DNA of 64,000 nt. It comes from Trichoplax sp. H2 (Eukaryota). The translations under genes were made by a program, and so were the position numbers. Of this stretch, positions 40,218-55,299 are shown piece after piece; the stretch's first letter is position 1; every line of letters begins with the position of its first letter. Under the pieces are notes generated by a model. That model saw only the letters and a program-made list of their open reading frames with translations. It was not told the DNA's origin and did not search any database. The stretch covers positions 682,001 to 746,000 of the forward strand of contig NOWV01000018.1 of assembly GCA_003344405.1 (NCBI GenBank). The letters are read 5' to 3'.

Positions 40218-43200
40218 ATGGCTTTCAATAAACATTTTATAAGAACTTATGGTGCTAAAGGGAAGAGAACGATTAGTGTAACACCTTTCTCTCCAATTTT
40301 AAATGCAAGACAAGCCGTTAGCCGATCACGATCCGATTTCTCTTCCAAATCGTCATCGAGCTACGAGTAAGTAGAATAAGATCGACAATGGCTTGATTTA
40401 CGTATGATATTCAATCGATCGATTGACAATTGCGAGCAACGTGGTAGTCAGTAAACCATTTTTCCTGCTGAGAATTCATCATCATTGAGTGCAAAGTTTG
40501 TATATGAAATACAACCTTCTTGATATGGTATCATAACGCTATAAGAGATATTCTACTTTGGATTACAGTAGCTGTTATACTGCATATTGGAGTACTTTAC
40601 CCATAATTTTGCCATGCTTAATGCAGATGATCGTCGATTTTGCTAGGTGTTTAGTGCTGTGTACCGTATGTGCATTGCTAGGCAAAAACTAGATCTGTCC
40701 TATAAACCGATATTCAGTTATGAGGTGCTCGTTAAAAAGCTAATTTTGGCTCAATTAAACTGTATTATCCAGTTGGTATGGTGATTTTATGGATTCTGAG
40801 GAGATTTACTGTCACTACATATCTATAATGCTTGAAAAAAAGATAAAAGTTAGAAGCTACTTGTATTTACACTAGCGTTATAAAAATGGTAGTAATATTG
40901 CTTTTACTCAATAAGAGTAGCTTGCACCTCCTTTACTGTTTTCTATATCCTACCCTGATATCTTTAGCAGCAACCGTCCGTTAAACTCTTCTATTGATCT
41001 TGGATCGGAGCCAGATCTGAAAAAAAGTGGTGTTTCGGTAAGACAGCTTAAAATTGGAGATTACGATAATTGTTGATTTACCAAGATTGCATCACCTGTA
41101 ACTTACGACCTATTTTGCAATATATTGTAGTCAATTACTGGCAGCTAATTCATATAACGTTAGCATGATATATAACGTCTTACTTACTTGCATAAATATA
41201 ATGTTAGACCTGGATAACTAGGCAATCGTATCATATCTTCCCAACCTTATTACGTTGTTATAATAGCTATAATTGAGGAAATGCGCGGCTTGAAATAACG
41301 AGCTGCTATCACTCCGCATTTCTGCACCTTTTCACTGTATTATTTTGAAATAATTGCAAAGCCTGGAATAGTCTAGCTTAAATTATCTAACTATTATTGC
41401 TCCACATCTCTACAACTCTTCACTTTATTGTATTGAAATAATACTGTAGCTAAACTTGGTAAATAGCCTAGCTTAGAACAATTGATAGTTTTATTCCGCA
41501 TCTCATCACTTTATTATGTTAAAATCATACTGTAGGAAAATTAGGAAATAGCCTAGCTTCAAATAATATAAGTTATCACCCCTTTTTTCACGTCCATTAC
41601 TCATGCTGTATATTGTATTTGCACGCAGGCTGATATTACGTTCGATCATGGAGGCAATTCAACTTGCAATCTTTTCAAGATGTCATCACCTATTGTGCAG
41701 GAAGGAAAGCAAGCAAATTTATCTAGGAGTATCTACGATGAGTCGAATAATGGCGATAGGACACCTTCAGTAACACTTGATCCTGACATACACAATTCCA
41801 GTATCTTCGAAGGCAGTCTCTCAACAAATGACGTTAGCCAAACTTCTATACTGCGTAAACGTTCATTTGCAGTAAGTACTCTATTAATTAAAGAGACGTG
41901 AATGAAGATTCTATGATAATACTCTTCTAGTTGTGCAACTATGTTGGTTAAAATTTTTTACCAGTTACTCATTAACCATACCGGTCTAGTTATTCCACGA
42001 TAAAACCACTTATTAATTAATATTAATGACATCTTCCTATTCTACTTTTTCTAGGAAAGTTTACTACCTTTAACAAATAGAGAATCGAATCTTGATTTGC
42101 CTGATATATATCATAAAGTACTAGAAGAATGCAATCAAACGGAAGCTATAACGCTGGAACAGTATCTTGTTAATAAGTACTGTATTACCACATAGATGCA
42201 ATTAATACTCAATCAGTCAATACCTTGTTTCATGCCCGCATAATGACTGTACTGAAAATCTTAATTATGATACACTTCCAATATGCGTAGTCATTTAAAA
42301 TTTGATAAACACAATAACTAAAGGAATCAATAAATTATTCTAGAGCATTTGTAAAACTTGGTGAAGGCACCTTTGCCGAAGTATTTCGATGTAGTAATAC
42401 AGAAGGAAAGGAATCCATCATAAAGGTATTTAAGAGTATTAGCAATGTACGTACCATCATATAAATAGATAAAGATCAAAATCAGTGTTATGCGTATTAA
42501 CTTAAGAATTACTAGCACAATGGCTAAAGTATTATTTTATTTTTCAAGTAATTTCATCTCTTGTATTAGATATGTGCGCTATTTAGCTTATTCACAAAGT
42601 AGATGCCCATTATTAATGGATAGCCATTTTATCTTTATCTGTATAGGTTTTATTTAATTTATTACATACTAATCCTCATTTTAGATTATGCCTGTAGAGG
42701 GAAAGGAGTTAATTAACGAAGAAGAACAAAAAAAATTTGAAGATATCTTGGCGGAAATAGTCATCGCGCGGTAAATTCTACTGCCATATGCTAATGTTTT
42801 GTTGATTATTGGTAATCTAGTAACGACTATATATTTTCTCAATCTATCTATTTGGCAGGGAATTAAGCTCATTAAGGCACAAGGTTAGATGCCAGGCAGC
42901 CATGAGTTACTATTTGACTTTTCATCTAAACTGAGATTTGTATAATTCTTGCATAGGATATTACAGGCAGGAATCAAACGAATAATTTCATTGAGTTGCT
43001 TAGGTAACAACTACTTTAAATCAGAGATGATCTTACTTATTTATTACAGTCTTACCAATACTGTTGTATAATTACATAGTTTACGAGTATAATATCGCCA
43101 ACTCTTTTATTTAAAGTGTTGCCTGTTGCCGCGGTCGCTACCCTCAGAAGTTACTTTTGGCATGGAAAGAATGGGATAAAAAATATAAATCAGAAAATGA

Positions 43201-44391
43201 TTGTCCCGGTAATAACATGCAGTAGAACCAATAAGTAATTCACGTGCACATCATATAGAGACTGCAGAAAAATATACTCATTACTAAACGTTGTTGTTGT
43301 ATTATTCTTTAGACATATTTAATAAGGATCAGTACTATATTGTAATGGAATTCCCGTTTGGTGGTGTCGATTTGGAACATTTCCCAGTAATCATATGTCT
43401 ATATTTCCACAATAGTAAACTATTTAAGCGATACAAAATCAATATTAAAACCACATGACATATCGCTATTCTAATTTCTTGCATAGATCAAAAGTACAAA
43501 GCAAGCTGAAAGTATTATCCAACAAATTACTTTTGCTTTGGCCGCTGCAGAAGAGGTATTAATTAGTTAAGAGTTGAGCCTAAAGTAACTTATTAAGCGT
43601 CTTGTATTAACTCATTTGATTATACACGGCTAGTCATCTTTTTTATAATACGGCATCTACTATGTAATCTTCGCTGAAGGCATTGTTGTTCGAACATCGA
43701 GATTTACATTGGAGCAACGTATTGATTCAAGAAACAGAAATGGAAACCTGTGCTTGTGTGATCAATGATCACAAATACGAAATACCAACGAATAACGTCT
43801 ACGTCAGTATAATTGATTTTACGTTGTCAAGACTAGAACAAGGTGATATAGCCAACGATACATTTTGTTATCCTCTCATTTAAACATTAAGTCTTTCGAT
43901 AATTTTAAAATAATGTTACTTAGCAAATATCATTGAAATCTAATATTTTAAATTCGACTCCCATCAGATGGTTGTATTTCGTTCTTTAATTTATCGGAGG
44001 ATGATGAATTATTTAAAGGTGAAGGGGACTATCAGTTTAAAATCTATCGTATGATGAGAGAAAAGAACGAGTAAGTATTATCATTCCAAAATAAATACGG
44101 TAGTAGCGGTTTGACGAACATAAATAGTAGGTTATCCAGAGGTTGGATATAACCATCTTTGCTTTGCTCGGAAATTGAAGAAATAATTTAATCATGTATA
44201 GGAACGAATGGAAAAGCTTTCATGCTAAAACCAATGTCTACTGGCTACACTATCTAACTGATAAGCTAATTAACGAAAAAAAATATCCAAGAGGAAAGAA
44301 AAGGAAAAAATTTTTAAGTCGGTTATATGATAACCTTTTGAAACATGAATCTTCTTACGAAGTGGTGACTGGAGAACTACTTACCACATAA
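40218..44391 (+). CDS. HASPIN: Haspin histone H3-T3 kinase
   Basis: 14 exons: 40218-40366, 40968-41037, 41629-41871, 42055-42176, 42344-42425, 42685-42770, 42859-42883, 42957-43003, 43117-43208, 43313-43386, 43487-43555, 43680-43842, 43968-44070, 44202-44391. Motifs: N-terminal RTYGA, KLGEGTFAEVF, KIMPVEG, SENDCP, FGGVDLE, FEHRDLHWSNVL, IIDFTLSR, GDYQFKIYRMMR, TNVYWLHYL. Confidence 0.95.
41200..41628. repeat. Degenerate ~90-150 bp tandem array (~4 copies) in Haspin intron 2
   Basis: GGAAATAG(C/T)CTAGCTT..ACTCCGCAT(C/T)TC..CACT(T/G)TATT variants near 41277, 41365, 41459, 41543. Confidence 0.7.
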
Positions 44392-46689
44392 CGATTATAT
44401 TAATATACCTCGATGAGAACAACCTTTTCAACTATAAAACGAAATCGAAAATGTTCAATTGCTTCACTGTCAAATCAATCTCTGATGTTTTACGCAGTGA
44501 TTCTAGTAATATTTTTGTTGAAGTTTTAGTTTTACTGTGCCTATATAAATGATAAAATCTATGGAATAACTAGAAAGCTGTTGGCGTAACGATCGCTATT
44601 AAAAGTTTTAAAATTGAAATTGCAAGTATATCTCATTTTGAGAAACAAAAATTTTTTCTAATTGGTATTCTTAATCTGTTTAAAAGACTAACGATCTTAT
44701 TTCGTACTGCGATCTATAATAACCAAATCTATCATATCGATTAGTTATGGATTGACGTAGCATGGACTCCAAAGATAACGAAGATATTTCTTAAATGTTA
44801 TTATCTGATATTTTTATAACCTGAAAATCTGTAAAATAGGCTACTGCGTCGTTTTATATTAGATTATACCTTCCGTTTTATACGACACAACAATAAATAA
44901 GCAAAGCAATGAATTTCTTTGCTAACGATTTTAACTGCAACGCAACAGTTGTAAGACTTAAATATCTGCAAGAGTCATTTCTATTGCTACCTTCAATTAT
45001 CGATAACAAGATTGTAGTAAATGATCCCATTGAGCAACGCCATCGCTATTAGTATACGTTTATACACCTACTTATATATAATTGGTCTTCCACCAAATTA
45101 CTGTACGTTATTACGTGCAGACAGAGTTAGTAAATTTCAAAATCATTTCCGCCACTCTATTAAATGATTCAATGATAGCAGTAAATCATAAATTTAAATC
45201 ACTTCGTATATGGAGCAACTAGAGTTTCCAAATGATAGCTGGTGCGATCTATAGTTTCAAGATTGTATCGATATACACAATAGTTATTTATATTAGATAA
45301 TTAATCAATACAGAATCAATTATTACATTTATGTAGTTATAATTCCTTAGGATTTTTTTATCGTGATAAAATTAAAACTTTATAGCAGTGTTACACTAAT
45401 TAAATAATGGAACTAGTAAAAAATCTTGTACTTAATTACATTATACGTAACTTCTACATTTACCCAATTTCAATCTCATGACAAAAAATTGCGGTACATT
45501 AGCACTACGCATAATTAAAATCCTACGGATTTTATCCGAGACGTTTAAGTAACTAATACAATAGCAATGAAAAAATTGCCATTTCATGCAGTATAGTGCA
45601 AAGGAAAAAGGAACTCACTCTCTAAATAAACAGACTAGTAAATAAAATTGATAACTGCATAAGTATCTCCGTTAATTGAATCAAGTAAACTTCAGTATGA
45701 CTTACGAAGACATTAAATTTAGGTATGGAGATGAAACTATGTATCAGAGTAGCTGGAATATTAAACAAATTACATAGGTAGCGATTACTTGAGCAAGTCG
45801 AGCCCATAAATGATCACTCTAACAATCTAACTATCCTACATTACACAAACTGTAATTGGCAAATTCGTAGAAATGTTTACCGAGATATAGGCGAAACGAG
45901 CTCGTGTAATTAAAAGTAGTAGTAAACTGCTATAAATAGTCAAAACTTTAACGTTTAAACCATAAAATCAATGCAATTACAGACTGCAGTATAATAAAAT
46001 CTTTTATATTACGAGTAGTTACGAGGGCTTTGTTCGTGTACGAGCGCATCAAATTACTGTCATTAATAAAGAAATAACAACGTCAAATTTCAAGTACCAT
46101 ATTATTCAGTGTATTAAGAGACAGAATGGAATATATATTTCTAGATAGATGTATCTTCATAACCATATCTTTGTTAGATAACTTCGCATCTTTGCAACAG
46201 ATATTCGTATTTAAAAGCAGACAGAGACAGATATAATTACATGAGTAAAAAGCAAGGCCATTAGTCATCCGGGATGCAAATAGAGTACAGAGATCAAGCT
46301 TTTACGTAAAGGCAGAAATATACAACGGCGATCATAGCGAAATATGCTGATGCTATAGAAAATTAAAGGCAGACGATAGCTCCGTTAAAAGCTATACACG
46401 CAAGTTGAATGAAAATAGTCATACATCGACAGATGAATATCGATACTAAGCGCATAAGCTAACAGATGCATGTGGAAACAATGATACAGAAATGCTACCA
46501 AACTATTAATAATGCCTAACGTAACTTTTTTGCTAGGAATTTTATTCACCAGGTACTGATAATTAATATCAAAATATCAATTTTTTCGACTAACGATCAT
46601 GATATAAACTACACTTTACTTGTATGCCAGAGTAGCAGTATATTTTCGTTATGACGGTCGTCTAACGGGTATACACTGATTCCACATTT

Positions 46690-49600
46690 TTATTTTACTT
46701 TATGCAGCTCTTTCAATGCCCATGCACAAACTTGCTTGGTTTTGGTTTCTTTAGATTTTAAACCCTCTTGCAACATGCCTTGTATATTTCCTGTTACCAG
46801 GCTCTGGATCTCATTACTTCCGTACGCATCACATAAGTCGCTGTGTTTTAATAAATTTTTATTTTGTATTAGCCACAACAGCGGCAAAACTATATATACG
46901 TAAATGTGTGTGGTGTAAATACATACCCTATTAAACCAGCGCTTGTAGAAATAGTCCCATCAGAATGATCCTCATCAATAGCTATGCTATCAATAAATTG
47001 CATAATACGTGGCACTTCTGATCGTAGAATGTTTATATCGACTGACCATTGAAAAATCGAAATACTTGGTATCAGTATTGAAAAAGCTGTCTGATGCATT
47101 TTATAGTTTACATACCATTTGGATTATCACCGCTGCCTTTCAAACCCTGTGCTATGCCCGTATAAGTTTCTAAGCAAGATTCTCTCAATAAATTTAGATA
47201 ATCAATCAGATCAAAATCCTCCTATTAGATAAGAAAATCAACATATATTAAAAAATGCAGTAAGATAATAACATAAAATTAGTAATACAATCGATTGATG
47301 TACCACTTTTACCTTTTTAACTTCTGTTTGACTAGCTTGATGGAGAATACCAAATACTATTTCTAAATATACTTTAAAGTTTCCTTCAATAGCCATTGCA
47401 ATATCTCCAATTGTTGAAAATATGTGAGGTTTAACAGATCGATCCAGTGAAGCATCCTATAATTAAATAACCCAACGGTTTCATATACACTGTATCGTAA
47501 ATAAACTATTAATAATATTAACATGACCGTAACATTAACTTACCCCTAAATTTTTAATAAGAATAGACATGATTTCATCAGCGTGTGGTACAAAATTGTG
47601 GCCAAAAGCTCGACATAAATCGCTAACTATTCCGACTGCAGCCAAACATACCTTTAATATTTACAAAATAAAAATGAAGACATACCTACAAAGGTGCAGA
47701 TTTTACATGAATTTGATGCTATGAACAAGGACTTACTTGATGCTCCATAACATTCTTTAGTCCCATAAGAAGAAAAGGTTTGAACGAATCCATATATATC
47801 ATGAAATTAATTCCCGTAACTAATTTAATAAAGTATTAATAAAACCAAGACATTAATTACAATTCGTACGTGTACATTGTTAGAAGCTGATTATGTCGTA
47901 AGTAATTCTTGGGTTAATGTGATAATTAATTGTTAAACCTTCAACGAGAGTCCCAACAGTCATTAAAGCATCTTCCTGTATAGTACCAGTTCTACCCGTC
48001 GACGAATTGAACATTAATAACAAAATCTTCATAATGGAATCACACCACTGCGAAACATCACTTGGTTGAATCCTTCGCAATACGCTCTAAAAATAAAAGA
48101 ATTAAATGTTAGTTGTGTAGAATGTTTAAAAATTGAACGCCATCGCATTATATTTTTATGATAAAATCGTATTCTTACCTGAAGTGTAGCGCATAATAAA
48201 CATTGCAAGTCAACAAACTGAGATCTGTCAGCACTCTGCACAGTACCCTATAACGAAGAAATAGCACTTTTACGTTCTACGCATATGAGCATCGATTTTT
48301 AATGAAGTAACGGATTACAATACTTACTTCCATACTTAATACAGCCTGCAGCCTCTGCATAATCTCGTTGGCGACTAACTGGATAGTAGGATAACAATCC
48401 TAGATAACATTCATATCATATTGAATTTATCTAACTTCAGATTCTACTGAACAGGTTTCTTAAGCAACTAAAAAGCTATTACTAACGATCAATGTTTACT
48501 TAAAAACCCCGAATCTATAATACCTTAGCACTATTTTTTATCAATTCCATAAGAGATTCGTATGCTGCACTTCTCAAGTTAGAGCTATTTGCTTCTTGCC
48601 TAATAACGTTAGAAATAATGGATACATATTCATAACAAAATAGCTATACTATCAAAATATTTTTAATTAGTTAAAAATACTTATGGCGTAGGCGAGATTA
48701 CCTGGTCGTAGTTTTCAATAAATGATCAACTATAGCATTGTAGTAGGGCGATAGGCAATAACTGTCCGGTCGTTCTGAATCCGAACCTTCCTCATTATCA
48801 AAGGCTGCTTCTGCTAACGATGATAGCGCCTTTACGTAATTATAGTATGTTAAAAATTAACAGTTTACCTAGATAATGATCTCGTAAAAACATTTAATTT
48901 AGTAAGACTGTACCCAGCAAACATTTGAGGCTACACGTGGTTCCCCTGCTAATCCTTGCTTGAGAACCCCTATTAGGGATTCTATAACATCCGGATTTAT
49001 CGCAACTTCCGGCAATAATTCGCAAATTCGACCAATTGTCCACGCGACAGAGTCACAAACAATAATGTTATTATCATTTTCCATCAAACCAATTAGCAGT
49101 GGCATAGCCTACCAAATTGTAACGATCACATTTCAATTCGTATCATAATTTTTTTCATTGCTTCATAATAACTGTTGATAGCTACAATCACACACAGTAC
49201 CTGATTCATAACAGGTAAAAGTACAGCTGGATCAGGCCCTTCTAAAATAGAACCTAAATTGTAATAAAATTAATATTTAAATAACGAAACCGGTTTCATT
49301 AACCAAGATAATGATACAGACAACAGACCTAAGGCCATTACGGCGGCGTCTCTGTATTGCCAATCAGAATGTACTATATTCTCTTTAATAAAGGGCAGTA
49401 TATACCCAATAACGTCATTTTCACAACACGACGCAACCAGCATTAAGCAAACTCCAGCAGCCTTACACGGGTTCCAATCATCTTCATCATCAAGTTCAGA
49501 CTGTATGATAACATCGAAGAGTATTTAATGTCTGTAATATGACATAATAGTAGTAATAGTAAAAGACTAATACGGTTAGCGTAGTTTACCTGTTTGGTCA

Positions 49601-52600
49601 ATGTTTGTAGTAATATAGGCACCAAATAACCTAAAGCACCCTTGACGTAATGTTTACTTGTTTGCTCTGGAGGTCTTCCAGCTTCTGCAGCCTTTTATTC
49701 ACAATCGTTAGTGAAATCGATTAGTGAAGATATTCTAACATAATTTTTTTTTAACCGCTCTGCTGTGGACTTACATCGGCAGCCTCAATAGCTAAATCAA
49801 CCTCTTCGTCACAAATGCTTGACCAAAATTCAATACCTTGTAAAGCAACCGCATCTTGATGAGAAGTCATAGCATCTATCGTAATCTAAATGATAGAATA
49901 AAGTATTTCGAAATGAGTAGATGACAAGGACGATTAATATTTAGAAGCAAGTAATATAATAACAATCATTTACCGCAAATAACGCTGGTCCCATGTAATG
50001 TTCCATATACTGGTAATATAATGTGACAATCCTGACTAGGTTTTGAAGGGCAGCAACACGGATCTATGATTGTATAATAATCATATTTCATTTTCTACTC
50101 ATTTCCTGGGAATTAGAATCAAGGCAATGAATAAATGACCAGAGTTTCTCATACCTGCTCATCAGGGCTTTGCGTTGCTTCGCATAGAACTTGCATGATA
50201 TAATGTCTCTCACTCTGTATGTGTTAACATAATTGCAAGTTACTCCTTTTCTCAATGCAAATCATACTAATGGTAAAATCCTTCATTGAATATTTACTGT
50301 TTTCTCAAAGTTTGCTTTGGTGAATTCTAAAGAATTTAATAAGGCTTTTGCAGCGGCGAGTCGGACATAATTACTAAAATAATTTAAAATAATAATCGCT
50401 ATGAATGTCTATTATATATATAATAAACCGATTACAAACAGATTCAATTTTTTAGCATTTCATTTTATGGAAGATTCTAGTATCTCGATATCTAACCTGG
50501 GCTCTTCCTTTCGCATTCCTAATATTATCGCCGTTAAAATGTCATTAGATTTTGACGATATAACATCAGGGTCCTACCATTGAAAGTAGTAGAAAATCAT
50601 ACAGGTAAGTTCATTATTAGTCTTTAAAAGTTATAGCAAAATATTAATTTTAGGTTACAAGCGCTATATTAGAAAACAAAAACAAAATTTTGTGCAATTA
50701 TATTTTGCAATAATGAAGATCTTCACCACATCCTTACTTACAGCGATATCGCTACAAATGTAGCCTATAGCCTCTAATGAAGATTCCTTCAACGCTTCTG
50801 TACTATGTTGATTAGTGACGTTTCGAACTAATGTGGGTATAACCTCAGGCCAAACATTAAATGGCAATTCGACGCAAGCAATGCTAGCAACACACTAGAA
50901 TTTTAAGATGAGTTCAAAGATAGTTACTAGTTAAACAATTAGTTAATATCATTGTAATGATTCATTTACGGCTTCTATTGCATCATTTCAACAATATCGT
51001 TAGATACGAGGAAAAATCTATAATAACTACAATAGAAGGTCACTATTTAGTTTAACGTATATCAGACTGTGAGAGCTGCCTAAACCTATTCTACAATCAT
51101 AATTATATTTTTTGCCCGTTTGCCTATAGAAGAAATACAGCTAACCTGAGCGGCAGATGAAGGTCGTGAAGGTTCAGTTCCCAAGGTTTGTAAAACCTGA
51201 ATTAAAATGAAGATGTTAAAATTAGCTACGGCTACAGCCAAAAAATTGCACTCTACTTCTGCAGTATTAATGATACAATTCTCCTATCCATAAAGCATCT
51301 TGCGGTATCGCTAAATCTTACAGTAATTCTAAATTATGCGATTTAAATACTAGTAAAATCTCACCAAGTTTTTAATATGGTAGCGAACATCATTACTAAA
51401 TGTTTTCCATCTTTCTTGATACTGTAACTTGATAGCGGGGTCTTTAGATGTAAAAGAATTTTTTAAATTGATTCCAGCAGCCATTCGAACGACCTGAGAT
51501 TTATCGGTATTGGCCAATATATTGACCAAGGCCACCAAGAATTCCGGCTGTGTACATGGTAATGAAAGATAAATTTTAAGATTAGTTACGTTATTAATCT
51601 TGTTTACGAATATAATGTAGTACCAAAATCTCCTCCGAATAATTAATTTGATAGAAATTATATGACATTTAATGGTAAAATTACAACTTGTATGCAGTAA
51701 GATAAAAACGAAACTGTTATGATACCACTAGCTAATCTATACTTTAAATCTATAAGTCACTGATACATAAAAATTAATATGTAAAACCCTCTGATCTGTC
51801 ATAGTATTCAAAGGGCAAGTATGATAAATGGTTATGCTGCACTTACCAGATTTCTTTCTGCGGCTTGTTCCACATATTTTTGTGCAGCAATTAATTCATT
51901 ATTGTCTGTTGCAAATTAGAATGAAAGAAATTTGCTACCTTAATATCATGTACTATACTTTGCAAGAAATAGTGCATTATAAACTATCTTTGGTAAGAAT
52001 TAGCATATATCATCCTATAAATTTAAAGATGCATGAATTCCATTAATGTAGTGTTTGCTCGTAATCCCCTAGTACTACTAGATTATGAATACAACTATGC
52101 ATTTCTAGTAGAATTCTCGCATTATGTATAGTACAATAAAATAAATATAAGAAATGATCATTTTAATGGCCACTTTCATCTCGGCTAATTTTAAATATAC
52201 AAATATGTTAAGGTGTCCGTACTAGATTGCAACATTAGTTGTATTATTATAACTATCAACCATAAATCGGTCTACACCACATAAAATAACTGAGTTTCTA
52301 CAGTGTACGATAGACCATTAAACTTATACATTCATTGCTCCTAGGCTGCTTAACCGTACTTTATGTTTGATCCAATCGTAATGCAGACCGTCGAAGTGTT
52401 TGTAATATAATCATAGAGTCAAGTATGCTAGCTAGCCTGCATTGAATCTTACTTACAATTCGTATCTGTATGCTTATTGGTGCATAACAGATTAACATGG
52501 TGGATGTGCACAGTCAACCAACACTCATGTATAAATTTACATCTACTTTGGTTCCATTTCTGTATTGTAAACTCGATCTTATCACTTGGCAAAGCTAGTC

Positions 52601-54845
52601 ATTAATTGAAGTGCTGGACTACAAGCTGAATGCAGCATACAACATTGGCAATCGAAAGTAAAGTCGTCGAATTACAAAAGCTTTGATGTCAATCTGAATC
52701 GCAAGATGTCTTAGGAACATTATACGAGTCCATAATAATTTTTAGTCACGACGTGTCATAAAACCTTTGGCTAAAAATCATCATCAGCTTTTAGCAAGGC
52801 TGTTAACAACCTACAGGTCAATTGGAATTCACTCTACGAGTACGTAGAGTAAAAGTAAACGAAGTGGGGAGATGTTCGAAGGATTCAAACACATCCCTAG
52901 CATATACTGTACAGGGATCAAGTTGAATCGACGTACTCAGTATCGATTGTACTGTCCATAAAAATGTTGCCAAAATATACGTGCAGTACTACGACCTCGG
53001 CCAAGAAGATGGGTGCAGCAGCACTATTCTGGTATACTGTAGTATCTTCGTCCATTGGGCTTCATGTGGCTCCAATTCGAATAAAAAGCCTACAGCCTGA
53101 CTGTGCAATTATGAAACTAGCATCTACTGTACTATACATTGTAAAATGTAGTGCACAGTACTTTACAATACTGTAGTAAACTCGACTGGCCGTACAGTAC
53201 AATCTGTGTACAGTCAATTTTTCTTCATTTTGCCGTATTGTATAGTGAACAATACAACATGCAGTACTGAATCCGTACTGTAAAGTTTCAAAGACCGTAA
53301 AAGTAGGCCTCCCGCCAAAGCAAAAAAAAAGGTGAAGAGCAACGTGCTATCAGACTTTTACTTTCAATAAATGTACCAAAAAAATTCGACCGATGGCATA
53401 ATAGAACTAGGAGATATTAATTACTAATTGAAGATCAGTAATTTAGCATCACGAGCAGTAAATTTTACATCAATCTATCTGTTATCACATGAAATCATAG
53501 CAAAAAGTAATAACGGCAGTCAGACTAGACGATACAGCGTAAGGATGAGACATGACAGTAGCCTAATCATTACAGTACAGTCCCTAGTACACAGTTTGCT
53601 GGCACTCACTGGTCGCTGCCAAGCGATGTTGCTAAATGAATTAGTATTCTAGATTATCGGTGAATGCAGACATTTTAGTTTATGATATATTCCACCACTA
53701 TCATTCAGCAGTCAATAGTTCACAGCAAGATTTAAGAAATCATTTCTTTATCAAATACTGCTGCCTAACTACATTGCTGTCGTGGTAGATGAAAGTAGCT
53801 CGCTCAATGCATTACTACATACTGTACAACGTCTAGCAAATGCATTGTATTGTATTGTATGTATACGTCCAGCACTACTACTCATATCTACCTACATTAA
53901 ATCTTTTATCGTTGAATTTTCATAACCCGTGGAATAGTGCTACTATCCATGTATTGTACATTAAAATGATCTACAGTTAAAAATTACACTCTATCAAATC
54001 AAGTTATTCTAAGCAGGAACATGGGCAAATAGAATAAGCATAGGAATAAGGGTACCATCTCAAACAAATAGCAATTCAGAAACTGCTAATTTACTGCTGC
54101 TGGTAACGAGCGATCTTCGCCCATTCATGCATTAATTCTTGGTGAAGTAAAAGTGCAAAAAAGCAATATTCATGCACGTCAGGCTACGACATTAGGCTAT
54201 CATAGGGATTGCTTTAAAAATAATAGGAAACTGCGCAACGAACACAACGTGTCCATTGGTCTGTAGATTATTGTGCGAGTATAGCATCAAGAACCAAACA
54301 GTGTGCAGGTTTGAGGCTAATCCATTGGTACGAAATTCAAAATGCAGTTGAAATCTGGCTGTAGACACTACCGTCCTGGGCATGATTGCGATTGGAGTGG
54401 AATAATGCGTATAATATTGAAATTGCAAGTTTTTATGAATGCCTTCCATGGTCGCTGAGAACGGTATCTTACAGTATCGTTCCATCAGAGTTGGTGGATA
54501 GTAGAAGCTGACACAATAAAAAAACCAACTATTGGCAGTGACGAATTGACTACAGTAAAGTAGGCATGAGCACTTTCAGAGAATAACATGTTTGAAAATT
54601 CTACTGTATTCTAGTGCACTTGGCTGACACATGGTCCATGAAATTAAAATAAAACAGATACATTGACATTATGTAGTAAAATAGGAGAAGATATTTCTTG
54701 ACAAGATCGAACAAGGCTAAATGCAAGGATGATTCAAGTGCAACAGCAACACTGACTGAACAGTGTATCAATACAAGATGACATTGGTTGAATTTTTTTT
54801 TTTACCGTTGGAGACCGTAGCTTGTAGAACTTTTTCCAAATCCAT
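46690..54845 (-). CDS. KPNB1: Importin subunit beta-1 (karyopherin beta-1)
   Basis: About 25 GT-AG exons. Exon 1 is 54845-54806 ([13 protein letters not shown]), followed by a 2.9 kb intron, then 51905-51847, 51547-51365, 51196-51146, 50894-50742, and on to the last exon 46840-46690. Motifs: [87 protein letters not shown]. Confidence 0.96.
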
Positions 54846-55299
54846 TATGTGTTAATTTATTGTTACTGGCTCTAACTTGTACAGAGATTGAATGCCTAAT
54901 GAATCAGTAAAAGCGTATGCAGAAAAAGGAATTCCAAAACTAAATTGCTTTAATTCTGTACAGGAAATGGTTGACGTCTGCAGACTTTATACATGGTACG
55001 TACTACGTCCAGCCAGTACGAACAACAAACGCTGCACTGAGCTTAGTACAGTAGTTGTGAAAGGATGGATGGTAAGTTGAAAGACTATAAGTCCTTTTCC
55101 ACTCTAGTCTTTCATCAGTGTGGCCGATACCGTACTGAGTACTGAGTAGTACGTCAGTGGCAGGTCCATGGTTCAGTCATAACGCAATCGATAAACCCTA
55201 CTGGGAGCTGTACTACATTGTACTGTTTGAGTTCGTCTACTTTCCAACTCTGTACCATGTCGTCCGTGGCATGGACTTGCATCAGTCAACTTGACTCAA

